64,000 nt of DNA from Candidatus Saccharimonadales bacterium (GTDB lineage: Bacteria > Patescibacteriota > Saccharimonadia > Saccharimonadales > JACDBH01). Below are positions 56,878-64,000 of the stretch, piece by piece. The stretch is from assembly GCA_041752595.1 (NCBI GenBank), contig JBGSWE010000007.1, positions 76,692 to 140,691 on the forward strand. The letters are read 5' to 3'. The position numbers were made by a program, and so were the translations under genes. Position 1 is the first letter of the stretch; every line of letters begins with the position of its first letter. The notes beneath the pieces were generated by a model that was not told the origin of the DNA, ran no database searches, and worked only from the letters and a program-made list of their open reading frames with translations.

Positions 56878-59247
56878 TTAAATATATTCTTTTTTAACAG
56901 AATATTGGAACCCAATAAAGCCTGGCAAGATTGGAAGCCAATAGGTAATAAACCTATACAGCAGTGCTATAGATATTGCTAGTTCTGTAGTCATACCAGT
57001 TCCGCTAAGTGCCGCAGCTAGCCCTGCCTCTGCACCACCAATTCCGCCAGGTGTTGGCGTGACTGATGCTGCTGCTACACCAACCGTAAACACAACTATA
57101 ACTTGTATTAATGACAAGCTAGCTCCAAGTGCCAATGCACTCATATATAGCGCACCAGCGTAACTGAGTGTTAATAAAACAGAGGCAATATAGCTACCAA
57201 CCAGTCTAGTGGGGTGTTTTCTGTAATCAACAAATGTATCTTTAGCTGAGATAGTAGTTTTAGTTATTTTTTTGCGTAATCGAGGCATAAAATTAAGTGT
57301 TGTTACTGCAAACACGAAGAACCCTCCTCCAACTAACCAAGCCCATAAAGGAATAGTAATTCTAAAATTAAAAGCTTCAGAAACAGATGTGCTTCCAAAC
57401 AAAATTAGCACTAATAAGATACTGATATGACCCACAAATCCCATAATATTATTGATAGCCGCTATTGAACCAGCCTGAACTAGATTGTGATGATATTTGG
57501 TTAAAAACCTTGCATTGACAGCCAAACCACCAGCACCAGCTGGAGCTAACTTATTAGCAAAGCTACTAGAAAGCTGTATAAGTAACATTCTAAGATATGG
57601 AATTGGGTAAAAAGATAATGATTTATATGCAAAAGACGCCATGACATATGTTAGTAGCGAAAAAAGTATTCCGTAAAATACATAGATTGGATTGGCGTTA
57701 AATATTGCACTTATAGAATCGCGTAATGCTCCTTGGCTATTAATAAAAAAGGTGCCTGCAAAAAATATCACCAAAACTATTAATATACTCTTTATACTAA
57801 ATCTTTGAATTCTTACCTGTTTTTGTTTTTTGAATCCACAGAGTTTTTGTAAAGTACTTTGTAAATCCTCGAGCATGCCCTTGTTTTGTTTTAAGTACTT
57901 TGTTGTTGCGCCAGATAGCGAAGCATAGTGCAAGTAACGACTAGCAGATTTGAGTTGGTCTTTCGACAACACTTTCATTGCGGCTTTTACTGATCTTTCA
58001 ACGCCGACTATTGACGCAGAAGAAGCTAACAACTCAACGATATCCCTATTTTTCGAATCATCGGATAGTCCAACTTCTGAAAATCCAAAATCAATCAGCC
58101 AAGGATTCCCAGATTTATCCAAAAACACATTGGCACAACGTAAATCCCTGTGAACAATATTGTACTTATGAAGTTCTTTTACTAGTTTCCAGATCTCTAC
58201 CATTGTTTTATCTGTTACTAAATTCGGATCAACTTTGTCTAATGATTTACCGTCAATCATTACTTGCGCATGCGCCCATCTATCGGGCAGTGTTTGGAAT
58301 ATGCCCAAAGCCCGCGGAGTACGGATTCCTGATAATAACGCGAGGTTAGAAATATATGCTTCGTGCTCTAGTTGACGTTTTGGATTGAAGAATGGTGTTT
58401 CATCTTCCAGTCTTCGGTAAATGACTTTTCGCCATAGTTTAAATAACCAGTCGGCAACATTATTTTCTTTGCCAACAACTTTAACAAATAATTTTGTACC
58501 ATCAGTAAGCTCAACAAAATAAGGTGTTGAACCCCTTGCATCTACATTTGCAACCTTAACAGTTTTAGCCGTAACGGCTAACTGCTTAATTTTCTCTTTT
58601 ATAACTTCCGGTGGAACAATACTAAACCGCCTTGAGCCTAATGCAAATTCAACTACTGATGCAAAAAATAGTCCAACCAAAAATCCGCCCAATAAATCCA
58701 TAGGAAAATGAACGCCCATATATAACCTAGAAACGCCAACTAGTATTGCAAATATTGTAATTGGTTTATGCCATTTTTTAGGTAAATATTGATAAGCAGT
58801 AAATGCAAGTACAGTTGCAACTGCTGCATGACCAGAGGGAAATCCTAATGATTCAGCAGATAATTCTCTAACGTTTGCGGTTTCGATTAATGCACCTGGA
58901 CGAGCCCTAATATCTAGAAGCTTCAATTGATATGCCGCAAAGTATGCAGAAAAACCAGCAATTAGTATTTTAATAGCGGCAGTATATCGTTTTGTAAAAG
59001 CAACAATTATTGCAACTATCACTACCATCCCTATTGCACCAAACAAATCTATAATGCCAAAAATAGTATAGAAATTATCGTTAAGTGAATTTACTGCAGT
59101 AAATAATGCAGTTTCAACTGGTCCTGCACCACCACTCGCTATTGCAGCAGCCATAATGAATAAAGGTATAGATATTAACGAATACGCCAAATGAACCGGG
59201 CTTCTGTAAGCTCCTAGCCTGTTTTTTATACCTTCTTTTATATTCAA
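56878..59247 (-). CDS. PAP2 phosphatase + kinase-like + LPG_synthase_TM fusion protein
   Basis: PAP2 motifs K..DIRARP, FPSGH and SRLYMGVHFPMD; kinase motifs HRDL...N and LIDFG; flippase motifs PTPGGIGGAEA and YRFITYWLP. Confidence 0.85.
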   Translation of the reverse strand: MNIKEGIKNRLGAYRSPVHLAYSLISIPLFIMAAAIASGGAGPVETALFTAVNSLNDNFYTIFGIIDLFGAIGMVVIVAIIVAFTKRYTAAIKILIAGFSAYFAAYQLKLLDIRARPGALIETANVRELSAESLGFPSGHAAVATVLAFTAYQYLPKKWHKPITIFAILVGVSRLYMGVHFPMDLLGGFLVGLFFASVVEFALGSRRFSIVPPEVIKEKIKQLAVTAKTVKVANVDARGSTPYFVELTDGTKLFVKVVGKENNVADWLFKLWRKVIYRRLEDETPFFNPKRQLEHEAYISNLALLSGIRTPRALGIFQTLPDRWAHAQVMIDGKSLDKVDPNLVTDKTMVEIWKLVKELHKYNIVHRDLRCANVFLDKSGNPWLIDFGFSEVGLSDDSKNRDIVELLASSASIVGVERSVKAAMKVLSKDQLKSASRYLHYASLSGATTKYLKQNKGMLEDLQSTLQKLCGFKKQKQVRIQRFSIKSILIVLVIFFAGTFFINSQGALRDSISAIFNANPIYVFYGILFSLLTYVMASFAYKSLSFYPIPYLRMLLIQLSSSFANKLAPAGAGGLAVNARFLTKYHHNLVQAGSIAAINNIMGFVGHISILLVLILFGSTSVSEAFNFRITIPLWAWLVGGGFFVFAVTTLNFMPRLRKKITKTTISAKDTFVDYRKHPTRLVGSYIASVLLTLSYAGALYMSALALGASLSLIQVIVVFTVGVAAASVTPTPGGIGGAEAGLAAALSGTGMTTELAISIALLYRFITYWLPILPGFIGFQYSVKKEYI

Positions 59248-59353
59248 TTTAACTCCGATTTTGCATAATTATACCATATTTTTTGTATATTTTTATCCGC
59301 GGTCATAAATTTTTATTTGCGTTAAAAATTATTATAACTAGTACAATTAGTAA

Positions 59354-59806
59354 GTGAATGATCGTATAAAATCTTGGCTATTTGTTGTAGTGCAGGCTGC
59401 TTTGCTTATATTGTTAGTGTTTTTTACGGATACAACTACTAAGCCTCCAGATTCGGTTGTGTTTATTGGTTCAATTCTAAAAGTTATTGGTGGCCTAATT
59501 TTACTAATTAGTTTATATGATTTAAGAAAATCTTTAACCGCTCTGCCACTTCCAGTAAAAAATGGAGTGCTTCAAATACACGGTTTGTACTATTTTGTGC
59601 GCCACCCAATGTATGTAGGTGTACTTACCCTATCTTTAGGCATTGCTGTTTCTGGTGGATCAATTCAAAAATATTTGTTAGTGCTCGGTCTGTTTGTCTT
59701 ATTTCATTACAAAGCAAAGTACGAAGAAAGCTTACTGTTAGTAAAATACCCTAGATACAAAAAGTATATCCAAACAACTCGTCGCTTTATCCCAATCAAA
59801 AAATAA
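59354..59806 (+). CDS. Isoprenylcysteine carboxylmethyltransferase (ICMT/PEMT) family protein
   Basis: GLYYFVRHPMY, EE..L...Y..Y..Y...T.RFIP. Confidence 0.88.
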   Translation: MNDRIKSWLFVVVQAALLILLVFFTDTTTKPPDSVVFIGSILKVIGGLILLISLYDLRKSLTALPLPVKNGVLQIHGLYYFVRHPMYVGVLTLSLGIAVSGGSIQKYLLVLGLFVLFHYKAKYEESLLLVKYPRYKKYIQTTRRFIPIKK

Positions 59807-59808
59807 AT

Positions 59809-60069
59809 CTATTCGCCGTATTTAGACTGAACATGATGTTTGTTAATGCCGTTTATTAGGTTTGTGAAGCCTTTTTCTTTCAAAATGTTTATTGACACAT
59901 TAGATCTACTACCAGAAACGCAATAAAGTACTAGCTCTGTGTCTTTTGGTATGCCACTGAGTTTTTTGGCTCCTGCCATAAGTTCTGAAGGTGGGATATT
60001 AATAGCACCATCTACGTGTCCTGTAGCAAACTCCGAAGGCTCCCTAACGTCTATAATCATTCGTTTCAT
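59809..60069 (-). CDS. Single-domain rhodanese
   Basis: IIDVREPSEF..GHVDGAINIP and YCVSGSRS; start at MKRM. Confidence 0.9.
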   Translation of the reverse strand: MKRMIIDVREPSEFATGHVDGAINIPPSELMAGAKKLSGIPKDTELVLYCVSGSRSNVSINILKEKGFTNLINGINKHHVQSKYGE

Positions 60070-60088
60070 ATAGTTCCTAAATATATTA

Positions 60089-61840
60089 CTACCAGCCACC
60101 GCCACCACCACCGCCACCACCGCCTCCCGAACCACCGCCACCACCAGAGCCACCAGATGAAGAAGATGCGGCGCCTGACGAATTAATAGATGCTGTCATG
60201 TTTGACATAGCACTTGAAAAACTAGCAGCACTAAAGATCGCTAAATTATTGCCTACATACCAGTTCGGTTGCGCATCGGTAGATTCGTAATACATACCCA
60301 GTTGCTTATTCCATTCTTTTTCTTGGCCAAACAATATAGCATATGGCAGAACTCTTTCGTACAACTTCACTAATTGTTTTTGGTCAGCACCATCTACCCC
60401 AACTTTTGCAGCCCCTTCTGGGCTCTGCAACATTTTAATACGATCAACTTCAGCGACTTTAATATAAAGTTTAAGACCCTCTAAGTACCTTGCAAGTGCC
60501 AGACCCTTTTCTGTTAGCGGATACAAGGTAAAGGACAACGCAAAAGCCGTTATTGAGGCAATAATTAGCGGCATATTAAGAGATAAAATACTTATAACAA
60601 GTAGCCAAAAGCTAAGTTTCTTGAACCAAGCAGATTTAGCTGGATCTTTTGCTCTAATTTCATAACCCTTTCTAATAAGTTCTTCTAATTTCTTTGGGTT
60701 ATCTACAAAACGCGCAGTCATGGCGTAGTCTTTTTTAAAATCTTTTGTGTTAAATTTCATTCCAACCACAGGAATGGCGCCAAAAATATCGATTAATATT
60801 TCTTGCTCTTCTGGGGCTAGATCGGTTATAGGTTTTATAACTTCTATTTCGTACTCGGCAGAAGAAAAAAACTTCTTTTCCTTAACTTCATAGATTTTTA
60901 TGTAGTGTCGAACTGCAAAATCTAGTATTTGGGCGGCAAAAGCGGTACTTGATTTTACTACCGCAGCCGATACTTGTACGCTTGTTGATTCTGGAGGCAA
61001 ATACTCTGGAATGATGGTACCGATTTCGTGCTTACGATCTGACCATTTGTAATAACGAACTATTAATAGAATTATGAGACTGATAGCCGCAAATAGTCCC
61101 ATGATTTGAGAGATTGTCCAAACAGTTAAAACTTTTTCCCAAAGAGTCTGTTTATATTCCGCGAATGTTCCTACCTGAAAACCAATGGCTAGTGTAATGT
61201 TATCGCCGCTAGATAGCTCCGATGCACTAGTCTCGTACCTGTTGCCTAATTTATCAACTTCACATTGTTTATATGATCCATATTGACCAAAATAGCAAAC
61301 ATTTTTACCTGTTAGGCTAGACTCCAGCGAATCATCAATTTCTAAGGATACAGACAGAGCAGATATTGGTACCCTCCATTCAGTGCCGTTTGTGTCCCAA
61401 TAAAACTCCTCACTGTTAGTATCGGTAAAATATCTCGTCACATCACGCTGCGTATATTCAATTTCGTAAGCTTGTTGTCCTCGTACATAAGTATCAGCAT
61501 CGCCAATGCGCAGCACTGTGTAGTCACCACTACTATAGGTTGTAAAATTCCATGATTCACCTGACTCATTTTTTACAGAAACAATATTAATACTTGTCGG
61601 ATGACCATCGTATTCTTTTGGAATATACCGCTCTATGCCACGATTTTGATCAAAGCTCGGAAATTCGGCAACAATTGTTTCTTTGGTTGTGAGTATTGAT
61701 CTTTGCTCATCATCGCGACTTAACGTAAGCGTAATGTTATAGTTAGATATTGTGAAATTATTAACGTCTGCACTTGCAGTACTAGATACGCCAAACGACA
61801 ATAATAACGTAAATAGTAATACAAAAATTAACTTTTTCAT
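60089..61840 (-). CDS. DUF2207 family membrane protein
   Basis: Signal peptide, RGIER, LRIGDAD, FYWD..GTEW, LPYAILFG and a C-terminal GGGGGGGW. Confidence 0.88.
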   Translation of the reverse strand: MKKLIFVLLFTLLLSFGVSSTASADVNNFTISNYNITLTLSRDDEQRSILTTKETIVAEFPSFDQNRGIERYIPKEYDGHPTSINIVSVKNESGESWNFTTYSSGDYTVLRIGDADTYVRGQQAYEIEYTQRDVTRYFTDTNSEEFYWDTNGTEWRVPISALSVSLEIDDSLESSLTGKNVCYFGQYGSYKQCEVDKLGNRYETSASELSSGDNITLAIGFQVGTFAEYKQTLWEKVLTVWTISQIMGLFAAISLIILLIVRYYKWSDRKHEIGTIIPEYLPPESTSVQVSAAVVKSSTAFAAQILDFAVRHYIKIYEVKEKKFFSSAEYEIEVIKPITDLAPEEQEILIDIFGAIPVVGMKFNTKDFKKDYAMTARFVDNPKKLEELIRKGYEIRAKDPAKSAWFKKLSFWLLVISILSLNMPLIIASITAFALSFTLYPLTEKGLALARYLEGLKLYIKVAEVDRIKMLQSPEGAAKVGVDGADQKQLVKLYERVLPYAILFGQEKEWNKQLGMYYESTDAQPNWYVGNNLAIFSAASFSSAMSNMTASINSSGAASSSSGGSGGGGGSGGGGGGGGGGGW

Positions 61841-62141
61841 CTAATAGAATTGTAGCACTTTTGACAAAAACTTACTGGAAGCATAGTAAGTAACTCTCAT
61901 CATTTAACGGATAATTATAGGCACATAAAGACTAAAATAGTGCTAAAGTTAACTACAAAAAAGGTTGTCATCGATAACAACCTTATTCACTTAAATTAAC
62001 AGATGTATTTACTTATAAAAATTCTCCCTCTTTTATATATACATATAGGTAGAAATAATAAGCAATGCTCATGACCAAACATGATCAATAACTACACAAC
62101 CTATGAAATACCAAATACCATCATCGCTTCAAATAGAGCTA

Positions 62142-62201
62142 CTTCACATGTTTACGTGAAAAATAGTATATATATGCATAATTTCACGTAAACATGTGAA
62201 G
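62142..62201. repeat. Perfect 20-bp inverted repeat with 20-nt AT-rich spacer
   Basis: cttcacatgtttacgtgaaa (62142-62161) and tttcacgtaaacatgtgaag (62182-62201). Confidence 0.9.
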
Positions 62202-62424
62202 AACAAGTTTTAAGGAACGGGTAAGGTTTTAGGTGCTTGCTCCTTATGGTATTGGAGGAGCTGATTTATAGCAGTGAAATGAAAGAACGTGGTTACTGTG
62301 TCTACCAAATGATCGAACAAAGTGGTAGGTAAAACCGCCAGAGTATCCTGTTAACGAACACTTGAAAATTGTAAACCATCTGCTATACTAGTAAATATTA
62401 TTAACTAGTAAGTTTTATATACCA

Positions 62425-62730
62425 ATGAGAACTATATATAGCCAAGAGCAAGTTGTTAAAACCATGAGTATAGCTAGGATTATTGGAGACACTAGCAATA
62501 TATTAATTCTTTACGAACTAATGAACTTTGGCGAGAAATCTTTTAATGAGCTTAAAAGAATGACCGATATTAACGCTGTTACTCTTTCCAAAAAACTAAC
62601 AATTCTTAAAACCGAAGGATTAGTAGACAGTCGCAAGCACGGCATTGAAAATCATTATTTTGTTACGGAAAAATCAGAAGAATTTCGACCGTTGATTAAA
62701 GATATAGAAAGTTTAGTAATTAATAAGTAA
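62425..62730 (+). CDS. HxlR-family winged-helix transcriptional regulator
   Basis: IGD...ILILYEL...FNELKR..I...TLSKKL..L...GLV and Y.VTEK. Confidence 0.8.
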   Translation: MRTIYSQEQVVKTMSIARIIGDTSNILILYELMNFGEKSFNELKRMTDINAVTLSKKLTILKTEGLVDSRKHGIENHYFVTEKSEEFRPLIKDIESLVINK

Positions 62731-62739
62731 GGAGCATGT

Positions 62740-62961
62740 ATGGGATTGTTTCAATCATTACAAGATTTAATTGGTGGAGCAGCTGGTGACGTACTCGGAG
62801 GACTACCTGAAATTCCAGGAGTTCAAGAAGTACAAGACTTAGCGGGTGGCGCCACTGAAACAGTTACTTCGGTTACTGATGGCGCAACCGAAGCTGTAAC
62901 TTCAGTAACTGAACAAGGTCAAACCGCAGTAGAAGATATTACTAGCAAATTGGGTTTGTAA
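62740..62961 (+). CDS. Small protein with 11-aa repeats
   Basis: SD AAGGAG; GATETVTSVTD followed by GATEAVTSVTE. Confidence 0.6.
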   Translation: MGLFQSLQDLIGGAAGDVLGGLPEIPGVQEVQDLAGGATETVTSVTDGATEAVTSVTEQGQTAVEDITSKLGL

Positions 62962-63047
62962 GACTGGGACAGGTCTATTGATACTTACTCTGCTTGGTTC
63001 GGCTTATCAACACGATTTGAGTCAAGCGTATTTACCGCCTAACTTTT

Positions 63048-63539
63048 CTACTCTAAATAACTACCAAATGATCGAACATAGTGACAGGTATAGCCGCCAG
63101 GGTTATCCTGTAGGTAGTCTTGGTGATTAGCTTCGGCTGGCCAGAATTTTGTGAATGACTCCAATGTTGTCACAACCGGGCTATCCCAGTTCCCTGAATC
63201 ATTTACAAGCCTAATCATTTCCTTAGCATCGGCAAGTTCTTGTTCATCTTGGTAAAATATGGCTGATCTATAAGACGCACCGACGTCGTTACCTTGACGG
63301 TCTAATGTTGTAGGATCATGAACTCTAAAGAAATAATCGAGAATCTTTTTATACGACGTTTTGGTATCGTCATAGCTTATTTCGAGTCCCTCAGCGTGTC
63401 CAGGGTGATTATGGTAGTTTGGGTTGTCGTTTGAACCCCCTGTGTAGCCAACTTCAGTATCTACTATACCCGTTTGTTCTCTAACTAAGTGCTCTAAACC
63501 CCAAAAACATCCACCTGCAAGGTAAGCCTTCTTAATCAT
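63048..63539 (-). CDS. msrA: Peptide-methionine (S)-S-oxide reductase
   Basis: AGGCFWG, GYTGG, HDPT..RQG.D.G..YRS and AE..HQDY. Confidence 0.96.
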   Translation of the reverse strand: MIKKAYLAGGCFWGLEHLVREQTGIVDTEVGYTGGSNDNPNYHNHPGHAEGLEISYDDTKTSYKKILDYFFRVHDPTTLDRQGNDVGASYRSAIFYQDEQELADAKEMIRLVNDSGNWDSPVVTTLESFTKFWPAEANHQDYLQDNPGGYTCHYVRSFGSYLE

Positions 63540-63916
63540 TACTTGTCTTCCCCTTTCTTATCAAAATCGAGTGACAGCGAGTTAATACAGTAGCGCATGC
63601 CAGTTGTATCTTCTGGCCCGTCATTGAATATATGGCCCAAGTGACCACCACAATTTGCGCAAACCGCTTCTGTTCGTACCATGCCGTGTGACTCGTCGCT
63701 GATTTGCTTTACAGCACCAGACAAGGCATCATCAAAACTGGGCCAACCAGATCCTGAATCAAATTTAGTATCAGAAGAGAATAATTGCGCATTACAGCTT
63801 GCGCATTTGTACATACCGGCTTCTTTGTTCTCTAAATATTTACCCGTAAAAGGTGCTTCTGTAGCTTTGTCGAATAAGACTGCCCTTTGTTCTTTTGTTA
63901 AATGATCATCATTCAT
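63539..63916 (-). CDS. msrB: Peptide-methionine (R)-S-oxide reductase
   Basis: TEAPF, two CxxC pairs, [20 protein letters not shown] and RYCINS. Confidence 0.96.
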   Translation of the reverse strand: MNDDHLTKEQRAVLFDKATEAPFTGKYLENKEAGMYKCASCNAQLFSSDTKFDSGSGWPSFDDALSGAVKQISDESHGMVRTEAVCANCGGHLGHIFNDGPEDTTGMRYCINSLSLDFDKKGEDK

Positions 63917-64000
63917 TATCTGTTCCTTTCGATAAATCAACTGTAGTATTCAAGATACTAACTTTATATAAAATAATGTATAGTTGACTATACATAGTAT

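Noticed and set aside
60089-60160. GC-rich ccaccg repeat tract as a separate repeat element
   Set aside because: It encodes the normal poly-Gly C-terminus of DUF2207 proteins. It also creates the false N-terminal extension on the rhodanese ORF.
62030-62335. Small ORFs around the 20-bp inverted repeat (type I toxin candidate)
   Set aside because: The hydrophobic-looking minus frame is interrupted by stops, and the 28-aa plus ORF has no convincing initiation signal.
318-63905. Many 60-230-aa ORFs antisense to or overlapping well-supported genes (e.g. 1242-1688, 17104-17604, 35810-36502)
   Set aside because: Shadow frames of real genes, without motifs or initiation signals.
1-64000. CRISPR array, prophage, integron, or recoded genetic code (UGA=Gly)
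   Set aside because: No regularly spaced repeats, cas, integrase or structural phage genes were seen. Conserved genes are full-length under code 11, and TGA acts as a stop (for example at 52789-52791).

Overview
The window is AT-rich chromosomal DNA with standard code 11 (TGA is used as a stop). By gene content and small-protein style it is most likely from a Candidatus Saccharibacteria (TM7, CPR/Patescibacteria) genome; this assignment is an inference. Housekeeping genes include ftsH, tilS, a Dus enzyme, a murC-like ligase, aspS, a nadD-like gene, uppP, cls, a DEAD-box helicase and msrA/msrB. All three CAU-anticodon tRNAs are present (elongator Met, fMet, Ile2). There is a copper/redox cluster, several transporters, and a set of genes typical of Actinobacteria, the known hosts of Saccharibacteria: WhiB, Ni-SOD with its maturation protease, heliorhodopsin, and a PAP2-kinase-flippase fusion. 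I saw no CRISPR array, transposase or integrase. The most interesting signals are at the RNA level. (1) Three accessory transcription units (about 8.1-8.8, 9.8-10.3 and 39.9-40.7 kb) share a 'closed-loop' design: the 5' leader is complementary to the bases at or just after the stop codon, followed by hairpins and a terminator, whereas many resident genes look leaderless. (2) A stand-alone ~145-nt RNA (55.87-56.02 kb, minus strand) has its own promoter and terminator and displays repeated AGUUCG motifs, one of which also occurs in the structured leader of the RRM RNA-binding protein gene, suggesting a protein-sponge circuit. (3) A class-II cobalamin-type riboswitch with terminator and antiterminator lies upstream of an uncharacterised gene. 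(4) The initiator tRNA lacks one of the three conserved anticodon-stem G-C pairs.
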